A DNA stretch of 52,673 nucleotides from Candidatus Woesearchaeota archaeon (GTDB lineage: Archaea; Nanobdellota; Nanobdellia; Pacearchaeales; GW2011-AR1): NCBI GenBank assembly GCA_964444095.1, contig CAYUEW010000001.1, forward strand, positions 1-52,673, read 5' to 3'. Made by a program: the position numbers and the translations under genes. Positions 9,161 to 17,032 of this stretch are shown in pieces. Position 1 is the first letter of the stretch. Every line of letters begins with the position of its first letter. The notes beneath the pieces were generated by a model. That model ran no database searches, had not been told where the DNA came from, and saw only the letters and a list, made by a program, of their open reading frames with translations.

Positions 9161-9703
9161 ATGGCAAAACGTTATGGGATAGATATAGGAAATACGGGGT
9201 ATGAGGATGCTACTTCATTATACAGAGAAGCAGTATGGGATGCAAAAAAAAGTAAGCGGTCTATAAATGGGCCAGCACAGATAGATGTAATTAGAAAATT
9301 TACTGGTGCTGCAGGATTATTTGAGGAAGGAAAAAATTATTCTAAAGCACAAAAAGCTTTAGAAGGTGCTAAAAATTATTTAAGTGATTCTCATATTGGG
9401 GGGGAAATGAATATTCGGTTAGAAAAAAATATAGAAAGTAGGTTAAAAAAAATAGAAGGAAAGATGCCTTCTAAACGAAAAGGGATATTTGTAAATTCCC
9501 CTTTTGTCTTTGCAACTTTTGCAGTTGTTAGTTTGTTGAGCGCATTGTTTTTTATTTCATTTGATTTAACAGGAAATATTATTTTAGGAGATGCTCAAAC
9601 AAATTTGGGATTCTTGGCAGCAGGGTTATTTATGCTGGGTTTAGTGTTTGTATTCTTATATTTTAAAAGTAAAAACAAATTTTTAATTAAGAAATCCAAA
9701 TAA
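9161..9703 (+). CDS. Hypothetical protein: soluble helical N-domain plus two C-terminal TM helices
   Basis: ORF with an upstream aggaaaag RBS-like element. It sits between the ATPase and platform genes. Confidence 0.45.
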   Translation: MAKRYGIDIGNTGYEDATSLYREAVWDAKKSKRSINGPAQIDVIRKFTGAAGLFEEGKNYSKAQKALEGAKNYLSDSHIGGEMNIRLEKNIESRLKKIEGKMPSKRKGIFVNSPFVFATFAVVSLLSALFFISFDLTGNIILGDAQTNLGFLAAGLFMLGLVFVFLYFKSKNKFLIKKSK

Positions 9704-9710
9704 TTTTTCT

Positions 9711-9725
9711 AAACATTTATTAACC
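9711..9725 (+). promoter_or_regulatory. Promoter-like motif aaacatttattaacc (copy 1 of 4)
   Basis: Begins 8 nt after the stop codon of the preceding gene and ends 23 nt before the ATG at 9748. The core AACATTTATTAA recurs at 10071, 12269 and 14558. Confidence 0.5.
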
Positions 9726-9747
9726 TTTTATCCTTAATTTTAAAAAG

Positions 9748-10065
9748 ATGGTGAGCTGGGTTGGTTTTGCATGGCAAGTAGAAATTATTGCAGTAGCAAT
9801 TTTAATTTATGCTTTGGTAGTGTTTTTAAGAGCGATAATAAAATTAGATAAAGAATTTAGATTAGCTCTTTTATTGGTTTTAAGTTCTGTGATAATTAAT
9901 GTGGCTTTGGGGCTTATGATGGGGGTTTTCATAACTTCTGGAGCTGAATCAGAACAATTGATTGGGCTTTGGGTAATTCGTCCTATTGTTACTCTTGTTG
10001 TAGCAGTTTTAATTTTGTTCGGTGCAAGAAAATTTGTGTCTGCAATGAATACAAGAAACGAATAA
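9748..10065 (+). CDS. Small membrane protein (3 TM)
   Basis: Hydrophobic 105-aa ORF with its own promoter-like motif inside the pilus locus. Confidence 0.45.
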   Translation: MVSWVGFAWQVEIIAVAILIYALVVFLRAIIKLDKEFRLALLLVLSSVIINVALGLMMGVFITSGAESEQLIGLWVIRPIVTLVVAVLILFGARKFVSAMNTRNE

Positions 10066-10069
10066 TTCT

Positions 10070-10084
10070 AAACATTTATTAATT
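10070..10084 (+). promoter_or_regulatory. Promoter-like motif aaacatttattaatt (copy 2 of 4)
   Basis: Same core as copy 1, ending 29 nt before the ATG at 10113. Confidence 0.5.
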
Positions 10085-10112
10085 CTATTCTGATTTTATT
10101 TAAAAGAGGAAA

Positions 10113-12269
10113 ATGCCAAAGAAATTAACTGTTGAAGAGGTTCTTAGGAAGCATGGTGGAAAGATAGAGCGCCAGATTGGAGCGATGCCCAAGAAGACGA
10201 ATTATAGTCAAGAATATATTAAATTTAAAAAAGAAATTTCTCCAGAACTCGGGCGTTATGAAAAATGGTGTAGAAGTTTAGGGCAGATTATCAAACTTAA
10301 AGTTTCTAAAAAAGATGAAGATAAAATACGGAAACACCTTGAGATAGCACATTTGAATGTTGAACCTTGGCAATCTTTAACCCTTAGTGTAATGGGTTTT
10401 TTGGCAATGTTCTTGTTAAGTTTAATAATTTCCATAGCAATAACTTTTATTAATGGAAGTTTAGCAGCGTTTCCTTTTTCCTTTTTCATTTTAATGATTG
10501 TATTTTCAATTTTTATTTTTTATTTTGTGAATAATTATCCAGAAAGATTAGCAAATAAATGGCGTCTTAAAGCATCTTCTCAGATGGTTCCTGCAATTTT
10601 GTATATTGTAGTTTACATGCGACATACGCCAAATTTAGAGAGGGCTGTTGCTTTTGCATCGCAACATTTAGAGCCGCCTCTTGCATTGGACTTTAGGAAA
10701 ATTTTCTATAATGTAGAAGTGAGAAAGTTTTCAACGATTAAGGAAAGTTTAGATAATTATTTGGACTCTTGGAAAGATTATTCTCTGGAATTTGTGGAAG
10801 CTTTTCATTTGATTGAAAGTAGTTTATTTGAACCAGATAATGCTCGAAGAATTTCTACTCTTGAAAAAGCATTGCAAGTTGTATTGGATGGAGTTTATGA
10901 TAGGATGTTGAAGTTTACCCATGATGTTAGAAGTCCTTTGACAAATGTTTATATGTTGGGAGTTGTGTTACCTACCTTGGCTTTGGCATTATTACCTCTT
11001 GCATCTGCTATGCTTGGAGGATTATTAACAGGTTATCATATTTTTATTATGTTTAATCTTCTTGTTCCTTTTTTTGTATTTTATCTTACAGATAAAATAA
11101 TGTTGTTAAGACCGGGAGGTTATGGGGAAACAGAATTGTTGGAAAAGAATCAATTTTATGCAGAATATAAAGATAAAAAACATTATGGTAAGGCTTTGCT
11201 GATTTGTTTGCCTTTTTTACTTATTGGACTTTTGCCTTTGATTGCACAATATACGCCGATTATGGAATTGATGGGGTTGCAAAAAGATTTTACCTTTGCA
11301 GATATTGGACTGGGTTTATTTGGAGAGGAAAACTTTTTTGATTTTAAAGAAACTGCAATAGGAATTGTTGGACCTTTTGGGGTGGGTGCTTTGTTATTAG
11401 GAATGTTTATTCCAGTAGGAATGGCTTTATTTTTTATTATAGCATACAAAGATAAAACTAAAAAATTAATTCAAGCGAGGAGGAAGACAAAACAATTAGA
11501 AAAAGAATTTAATAATTCTCTTTTTCAATTAGGGAATCGGATAGGGAATGGTATGCCTCCTGAACTTGCTTTTGGTAGAGTTGCAGAATCTTCTAAGGGA
11601 TTAATGACTGCGGATTTTTTTAGAAGGGTGAATTATAATATTCAGCAAGGGGGATTGAGTGTTGAGAAAGCGATTTTTGATAAGAAGAGGGGAGCCATGG
11701 TTTTGTATCCTTCAAGTATTATTGCGACAAGTATGAGAATTTTGGTCGAGTCTTCGAAGAAAGGTTTGAAGATTGCAGCAATAAGTTTGATGAGCATTTC
11801 AGAGTATGTTAAGAATATGCAAAAGATTACTAACCGACTTAAGGATATGTTAGCAGAGATAGTTTCAGATATGAAAAGTAATATGACTTTCCTTGCACCG
11901 TTGCTTTCTGGGATTGTTGTGGGCTTAGCGTTTATGATTACTTCTATTTTAAACAAATTGAATCTTGCTAGTTTATCTGGGGGAGATGTAGGAATAGGAA
12001 ATCTCGGAAGTATTTTGAATATTTTTGATTTAACGAAAATGATTCCCCCTTATTTCTTGCAAATAATAATTGGTATTTACATAATCCAAATAGTTTTCAT
12101 TCTTACTGGAACTCTTGTTACAATAGATTCTGGAGAAGATAAATTAGAAAAGACCCACAAGGTTGGACAAAATTTGAAAAAAGGAATCTTACTTTACTTT
12201 GTCACAGCAGTTTTATCAACACTTGCGTTATTTGTTTTGAGTTCTGTTGTCTTGGGGAACTTAGGATAA
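10113..12269 (+). CDS. Large polytopic membrane protein, candidate FlaJ/PilC/TadC-like pilus platform
   Basis: 718 aa with two clusters of TM helices separated by soluble helical regions. Its position next to the secretion ATPase matches the canonical ATPase-platform gene pair. No sequence motif was verified by eye. Confidence 0.55.
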   Translation: MPKKLTVEEVLRKHGGKIERQIGAMPKKTNYSQEYIKFKKEISPELGRYEKWCRSLGQIIKLKVSKKDEDKIRKHLEIAHLNVEPWQSLTLSVMGFLAMFLLSLIISIAITFINGSLAAFPFSFFILMIVFSIFIFYFVNNYPERLANKWRLKASSQMVPAILYIVVYMRHTPNLERAVAFASQHLEPPLALDFRKIFYNVEVRKFSTIKESLDNYLDSWKDYSLEFVEAFHLIESSLFEPDNARRISTLEKALQVVLDGVYDRMLKFTHDVRSPLTNVYMLGVVLPTLALALLPLASAMLGGLLTGYHIFIMFNLLVPFFVFYLTDKIMLLRPGGYGETELLEKNQFYAEYKDKKHYGKALLICLPFLLIGLLPLIAQYTPIMELMGLQKDFTFADIGLGLFGEENFFDFKETAIGIVGPFGVGALLLGMFIPVGMALFFIIAYKDKTKKLIQARRKTKQLEKEFNNSLFQLGNRIGNGMPPELAFGRVAESSKGLMTADFFRRVNYNIQQGGLSVEKAIFDKKRGAMVLYPSSIIATSMRILVESSKKGLKIAAISLMSISEYVKNMQKITNRLKDMLAEIVSDMKSNMTFLAPLLSGIVVGLAFMITSILNKLNLASLSGGDVGIGNLGSILNIFDLTKMIPPYFLQIIIGIYIIQIVFILTGTLVTIDSGEDKLEKTHKVGQNLKKGILLYFVTAVLSTLALFVLSSVVLGNLG

Positions 12270-12280
12270 CATTTATTAAT
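12267..12280 (+). promoter_or_regulatory. Promoter-like motif taacatttattaat (copy 3 of 4)
   Basis: Overlaps the stop codon of the platform gene and ends 21 nt before the ATG at 12301. Confidence 0.5.
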
Positions 12281-12300
12281 TATCTGTTGCTTTTTGTTTT

Positions 12301-12504
12301 ATGAAAAAGAGGAGTAAAAATAAAAGATTTTCCTACTACAATTTTTTTCCAAAAAATCGCAAGGCAATTATTTCAGAGTATCTTCCCTGGCTGTTGATTG
12401 CCATTGCTGTTCTTGCAATCCTAATGATAACTATTTTTTTATTAAAGGGACAGGGAGTTTCTTTGATAGACAAGATTAAGGAGTTGCTTGGGGGAGGCAG
12501 ATGA
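12301..12504 (+). CDS. Small single-TM protein, possible atypical prepilin
   Basis: Basic leader ending NRKA, followed by IISEYLPWLLIAIAVLAILMITIFLL. Its stop overlaps the next start (ATGA). Confidence 0.4.
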   Translation: MKKRSKNKRFSYYNFFPKNRKAIISEYLPWLLIAIAVLAILMITIFLLKGQGVSLIDKIKELLGGGR

Positions 12505-13274
12505 CAGAGTTAACTACAAGTCAATTAATAAAAATCATTCTTGGAATTTTTGTTGTAGTTGCAGTAGTGATAGGAGTCTTTTTATTCTTTAAGGGAAATG
12601 TAATTGATTTTTTTAAGAATCTACCTGGAACAGAAGAACCCTCTGGGGGAGCTGGAGCTTCAAAAGAGATAGGAGAAGAAGTTGAGGGAGAGACTCTAGA
12701 AATTCCTGGAGAAGAAGGTGAAGAAGAAACTGATTTGTCTTGCGAAGAATCAGATTGTACTTCTACTCTTCCAGAAGAATTGAGTTGCAGACTTGGAAAT
12801 GTTTTTGGTTATTTGCATAAATGTTCTCGAGGAGAATGTGTTAGAACAAGGGTGAAAAAAAAGATTTATGATTGTGAATTTGGTTGTACTGATGGAGAAT
12901 GTGATGTTTCTAAAGAAGAAGAAGCTGAAGAAGAAATTCCTGAAGAAGAAGATGAAGAAGAAACTGATTTGTCTTGCGAAGAATCAGATTGTACTTCTAC
13001 TCTTCCAGAAGAATTGAGTTGCAGACTTGGAAATGTTTTTGGTTATTTGCATAAATGTTCTCGAGGAGAATGTGTTAGAACAAGGGTGAAAAAAAAGATT
13101 TATGATTGTGAATTTGGTTGTACTGATGGAGAATGTGATGCTTGTTTGCCTACTGGAACTATTATTGGAAAAAATGTTTTGGTGATTGGAACTCCCAGTG
13201 GGTCTTGTTGTGATGAAGCTTATTGTGCTGAAAGAGGGTTTTTGGGAATGTGTAAGGAATATAAGTGTGGATAA
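12501..13274 (+). CDS. N-terminally anchored, Cys-rich acidic protein containing a perfect tandem domain duplication
   Basis: N-terminal TM (IKIILGIFVVVAVVIGVFLFF). Two identical 62-aa Cys-rich units (EEETDLSCEESDC...CTDGECD) are joined by poly-Glu linkers, followed by a Cys-rich C-terminus. Confidence 0.6.
   Translation: MTELTTSQLIKIILGIFVVVAVVIGVFLFFKGNVIDFFKNLPGTEEPSGGAGASKEIGEEVEGETLEIPGEEGEEETDLSCEESDCTSTLPEELSCRLGNVFGYLHKCSRGECVRTRVKKKIYDCEFGCTDGECDVSKEEEAEEEIPEEEDEEETDLSCEESDCTSTLPEELSCRLGNVFGYLHKCSRGECVRTRVKKKIYDCEFGCTDGECDACLPTGTIIGKNVLVIGTPSGSCCDEAYCAERGFLGMCKEYKCG
12719..13140 (+). repeat. Direct duplication: 188 bp, identical by eye, at 12719-12906 and 12953-13140 (period 234 bp)
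   Basis: Base-by-base reading of both copies found no mismatch. The duplication is in-frame (78 codons). Confidence 0.85.
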
Positions 13275-13275
13275 A

Positions 13276-13707
13276 ATGAATAAAAAAGGATTTTTACTTG
13301 GAGAAGAAACTCTGAAAGTGGTGCTTGCGGTAATTGGTATTGGATTTTTAGTTTTTTTCTTAATGTCTCTTTATTATTCTTTTAATCGTAATAAGGATTT
13401 AGAACTTGCAGAATCTTCTTTAAATTATTTAATAGAACAAATTGAGTTAGAGAGCGAAGAAGCAGAAATTTACAATCCCGACAAATGGATATTGGCATCT
13501 TATAATAGGGGAGATATGCCTGAACTTTATTTGGGGAGGGATTGGGAAAATTGTATTTGTATTTGTGAAAAAGATTGTTCCAAAACTCAAAATACTGAAA
13601 TGGTTTGTGTAGAAAGCGAGTATTCTATTTCCCCCGCAAGCATTGAAATTGACTCGCCCTTGAATTTAGAAATTAATCCTATAAATAAAGTGATAACTAA
13701 AAAATAA
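13276..13707 (+). CDS. Pilin-like protein with class III signal (MNKKG|FLLGEE...)
   Basis: KKG followed by about 20 hydrophobic residues, with Glu at +5 relative to the predicted cleavage site. Cys-rich C-terminal part. The ATG at 13276 is 1 nt after the previous stop. Confidence 0.55.
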   Translation: MNKKGFLLGEETLKVVLAVIGIGFLVFFLMSLYYSFNRNKDLELAESSLNYLIEQIELESEEAEIYNPDKWILASYNRGDMPELYLGRDWENCICICEKDCSKTQNTEMVCVESEYSISPASIEIDSPLNLEINPINKVITKK

Positions 13708-13708
13708 A

Positions 13709-13810
13709 ATGGATATAGATGTTTTAATAAAATATTTAATGTGGATTGTTCTTTTTATCTTGGCTTTGACTGGATTATATTTTATGTTTAAAAAATTGGG
13801 GATTATGTAA
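13709..13810 (+). CDS. Small ORF (33 aa, single TM), absent from the ORF track
   Basis: MDIDVLIKYLMWIVLFILALTGLYFMFKKLGIM. It starts 1 nt after the upstream stop, and its TAA overlaps the next ATG (TAATG), so the packing suggests it is real. Confidence 0.35.
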   Translation: MDIDVLIKYLMWIVLFILALTGLYFMFKKLGIM

Positions 13811-14550
13811 TGAAAAAAATTAACAAAAAAGGGGAGATGACTTCTAAGCAAATAGTTACGCTTATAATTTTGATTACTAGTTTTGTGGTGCTCTTGATTT
13901 TATTTTTTAGATTGGATTTGGGGAGAGTAACTGATTCTGAAATTTGTCATAACTCTGTTGTTTTATCTGCTGCAGGTAAAAGTTTGGTAAGTGAACTTGA
14001 TTGTAAAACAGCATATGTTTGTATTTCTGGGGGAGAAGAATGTGAAGGAATTGTTCCGACAGAGACAGCTAAAATTAATATGAAAAAAGAAGAAAAAATC
14101 GTTAAGGAAGAAATTATGCAAGTTTTAGCTGATGAGATGGTAGATTGTTGGTGGATGTTTGGGGAGGGAGAATTAATTTATGCCCCTAACGCCGACGGGT
14201 ATCATTGTGCACTTTGTAATGTTGTGAAATTTGATTCTTCTATTCAAGAAAAATTTCCAGAATTAACTTATGCAGAATTTTATAATTATTTATCTATAAT
14301 AGAAAAAACAGAAAATAAAAATTATTTAGAATATCTTTATGGAACTTATAATTTGGAAATGGTGAAAGAAAAAAATAAGAAAATAAACATAGATACAGAT
14401 AAGATTTCTACTGCAGAAAAATTTGTCGTTCTCACAGGAATTGATCCTAGGATAGTATTGGTTGATAAAGTTATTTTTCCTTGGCTTGTAAAGTATGACC
14501 AGATAAAAACAAAAACAAAGTGTGAGGTTTTTGATATTACTCAAGCTTAA
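13810..14550 (+). CDS. Pilin-like protein with class III signal (MKKINKKG|EMTSKQIVTLIIL...)
   Basis: KKG plus a hydrophobic helix. The 246-aa ectodomain has several Cys pairs. Confidence 0.5.
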   Translation: MKKINKKGEMTSKQIVTLIILITSFVVLLILFFRLDLGRVTDSEICHNSVVLSAAGKSLVSELDCKTAYVCISGGEECEGIVPTETAKINMKKEEKIVKEEIMQVLADEMVDCWWMFGEGELIYAPNADGYHCALCNVVKFDSSIQEKFPELTYAEFYNYLSIIEKTENKNYLEYLYGTYNLEMVKEKNKKINIDTDKISTAEKFVVLTGIDPRIVLVDKVIFPWLVKYDQIKTKTKCEVFDITQA

Positions 14551-14555
14551 TTATG

Positions 14556-14570
14556 AAACATTTATTAATC
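14556..14570 (+). promoter_or_regulatory. Promoter-like motif gaaacatttattaat (copy 4 of 4)
   Basis: Same core as the other copies, ending 20 nt before the ATG at 14590. Confidence 0.5.
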
Positions 14571-14589
14571 TTATTTGGTTTTTTGTCTT

Positions 14590-14994
14590 ATGAGGAAACT
14601 TTCTAAAAAGGGGAATATTCTAACAGAGTATATTATTTTTATTGTCTTAAATTTATTTTTTGCAACAATTCTTATTTTATTTTTAGCTTCGCGGATGGGC
14701 GCGGGGGGGGTTTTGGAAGAGGGATATGCAAAGCAAATAGCATTAAGTTTGGATGCTGCAAAACCAGGGATGAGAATTTATATTGGAATGGAAGGTGCAT
14801 TTGAGGTAGCAAAAAAAGAATTGGGAGAGGGAAGCATTGGAGGATTGGTAGGAATTGAAGGGAATATTGTGACGGTGCGACTTCAGGAAGGTTTGGGATA
14901 TTCTTATTCTTTTTTTAATAATGTGGATGTTACAACTTATTTAGATCCTTCAACTAATTTGGGTTATATCTTTATTGTGGACGAAATAAAATGA
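14590..14994 (+). CDS. Pilin-like protein with class III signal (MRKLSKKG|NILTEYIIFIV...)
   Basis: KKG plus a hydrophobic helix, with Glu at +5. The ATG at 14590 is preferred over the TTG at 14575. Its stop overlaps the next start (ATGA). Confidence 0.55.
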   Translation: MRKLSKKGNILTEYIIFIVLNLFFATILILFLASRMGAGGVLEEGYAKQIALSLDAAKPGMRIYIGMEGAFEVAKKELGEGSIGGLVGIEGNIVTVRLQEGLGYSYSFFNNVDVTTYLDPSTNLGYIFIVDEIK

Positions 14995-16121
14995 AAAATA
15001 AAAAAGGAGATAAAATATTTTCAGCGTATTGGTTTATAATTCTTTTTGCAGTAGCTGCTGCTGTGGTTTATATGGTTTCTATTTTTTATGGGATGCCTTA
15101 TGATGCAAGGAATTTTGAAGCAGAAATACTAACAAACCAAATTGCAGATTGTTTATCCCAAGGAGGATATCTTAAAGGTAATTCTTTTTTGGGTTCTGAT
15201 TCTTTAAGCATGTTTTTAGAAGAATGTGATTTGACTTTTGATGTTGAAGATACTTATGGCTGGGAAGAACAAGGGCAATATTATGTAGAAGTTCATTTAT
15301 ATGATTTTGATGAAAATGCTTCAACAGGAATAGGGGAAGAAGTTTCTAATTTTATTGTGGGAAACAGTAACCTAAAAACTTCTTTCATGATGGAAATAGC
15401 AGCGCAAGAGAAAGGAAATAAGGAGTTGGTGGTGATTCATTATACTGCGGGGTATACTTTGGCAGGGGCAATAAATGAGTTTGATGGAAATGAGCATAAA
15501 AGTATTCATTATATTATAGATAGGGATGGAACAGTAGTAACGAGAAAAGATGAAGATAAAACTGCTTATCACGCTGGATGTGAATTTGGTAGACCTTATT
15601 GTGAAGAAGGTAATGATGTAACCCCTGCTCCTGGAGAAGATTGTTGTAGAAGGGGAACAAACTCAAGGTCTATTGGAATTGAGTTAATTAATCTGGGTTA
15701 TGCTTGTGGTTGGGAAAATAATAAAGAACTTTGTCAAAATTTAGGAGTGGTTGAGTTAGATTACTTTTTTCTTGAAGCAACATCTGACAAAGAAGGTTTT
15801 TGTGGAGTTAGTACAGGAATTTGGGAGGAATATTCTGATGAACAAATAGATGCTTTATCTACTTTAGTTGCAGGAGTGGTTTCCCAGAATAATATTCCCA
15901 TTGATAGAGAACATATAGTTGGGCATGATGAGATGGATCCTTGTCGGAAGAAAGATCCTGGTCCAGCATTTCCTTGGGAGGTATTTATGGGGAAAGTTAA
16001 GGAAAGAGCAAAATTAGACTCTTCTGTTGGAAGAAATTTTTATGTTTTAGATAGAGCAGGAAATCAGTATGTGGTTCAAATTTTAACAATTGTAGATAAA
16101 GTAGAAAAAAATGCTAAATAA
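14991..16121 (+). CDS. Prepilin-signal protein carrying an N-acetylmuramoyl-L-alanine amidase domain (Amidase_2 / AmpD / PGRP fold)
   Basis: N-terminus is MKNKKG|DKIFSAYWFIILFAVAAAVVYMV. Amidase motifs: VVIHYTAG, HYIIDRDGTVV, AYHAG, NSRSIGIELIN, EQIDAL..LV and IVGHDEMDPCRKKDPGPAFPW. The last compares with the AmpD block GHsDIaPgRKtDPGp.FpW. Confidence 0.8.
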   Translation: MKNKKGDKIFSAYWFIILFAVAAAVVYMVSIFYGMPYDARNFEAEILTNQIADCLSQGGYLKGNSFLGSDSLSMFLEECDLTFDVEDTYGWEEQGQYYVEVHLYDFDENASTGIGEEVSNFIVGNSNLKTSFMMEIAAQEKGNKELVVIHYTAGYTLAGAINEFDGNEHKSIHYIIDRDGTVVTRKDEDKTAYHAGCEFGRPYCEEGNDVTPAPGEDCCRRGTNSRSIGIELINLGYACGWENNKELCQNLGVVELDYFFLEATSDKEGFCGVSTGIWEEYSDEQIDALSTLVAGVVSQNNIPIDREHIVGHDEMDPCRKKDPGPAFPWEVFMGKVKERAKLDSSVGRNFYVLDRAGNQYVVQILTIVDKVEKNAK

Positions 16122-16647
16122 AATAAATTTAAAAAAAGCGTCAATCGGGGAAACAATGACTTGGGTAGTGGCAACAGCAATTGTCGTCGTCGTTTTGCTT
16201 GCTTCTGTATTTATTACTTCTCTTTTAGCAAAAACTAAATCTGTTGATAGGAATTTTTTATCTGGAGGAGGAGAAGATTTGGTGGTGACAAAATCTTTGT
16301 CTGCTTATTTGTTAACAGAAGAAAATGGAGAAAACGTTTTTGAGCAATTGATGGATAATAAAGATTCAGAAGATATTGGAGGAATTTTTGGAGAATTTAA
16401 TGGAAATTTAGCAGAAGATATTTTCTTGAAATTATATGTTGAAGATTATAGTGCAAGTAAAATTTGGTTAGGAACTTATTTGAAAGGATATGGTCATAGA
16501 GGAAATAGTTATTTTCGTACATCCCCAGTGGATTTTATTCTGGAATCTGGAATTCTGCTAATAGAAGTAAAAAAAGGGCAAACTTTTGTTGTGAATCAAA
16601 TAGAACTTGATGAAAAGAATTGGTTTGTGGTGGCGTTAACAAATTAA
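16111..16647 (+). CDS. Pilin-like protein with class III signal (MLNKINLKKA|SIGETMTWVVATAIVVVVLL...)
   Basis: KKA plus a hydrophobic helix. It overlaps the amidase gene by 11 nt. Confidence 0.5.
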   Translation: MLNKINLKKASIGETMTWVVATAIVVVVLLASVFITSLLAKTKSVDRNFLSGGGEDLVVTKSLSAYLLTEENGENVFEQLMDNKDSEDIGGIFGEFNGNLAEDIFLKLYVEDYSASKIWLGTYLKGYGHRGNSYFRTSPVDFILESGILLIEVKKGQTFVVNQIELDEKNWFVVALTN

Positions 16648-16648
16648 A

Positions 16649-16984
16649 ATGAAATTAAAAATGAAAAATAAAAAAGCAGATATTACGATTACAATTTTAG
16701 TAATATTGATTACTTCAATTTGTATTTTAACCATAACTAGTTTTCTTGTATCTAAGGAAAAAGTTCAATCAAATTATTTGGGGTTGGAACTTTTTGAAGG
16801 AATGAGTGCTGATGTAGAAACATTTTATTTTTATTTAAATGCAGGATTTACTGAAAGCGAAGCAGCAGAAAAAATTGGAGCAGAAATGGAAGGGAGCAAG
16901 TTGGTAATTGATAAAATTTTTAAAGAGAATAAAGATGATTTAGTTTCTGTGCATTATAACATGAGTGTCGTTAGAGGGTCCTAA
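16649..16984 (+). CDS. Pilin-like protein with class III signal (..MKNKKA|DITITILVILITSICIL...)
   Basis: KKA plus a hydrophobic helix. It starts 1 nt after the upstream stop. An alternative ATG exists at 16661. Confidence 0.5.
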   Translation: MKLKMKNKKADITITILVILITSICILTITSFLVSKEKVQSNYLGLELFEGMSADVETFYFYLNAGFTESEAAEKIGAEMEGSKLVIDKIFKENKDDLVSVHYNMSVVRGS

Positions 16985-17032
16985 AAATTGTTTAAGCAGA
17001 AGTTTTATAAATAAAATAATCTTAAATTGAAT

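Noticed and set aside
12690-12960. GAA/GAG-rich tracts here and at about 50925-50970 and 23975-23995, considered as microsatellites
   Set aside because: They are in-frame poly-Glu/Asp linkers inside coding regions. They are imperfect at the DNA level apart from the portion included in the 188-bp duplication.
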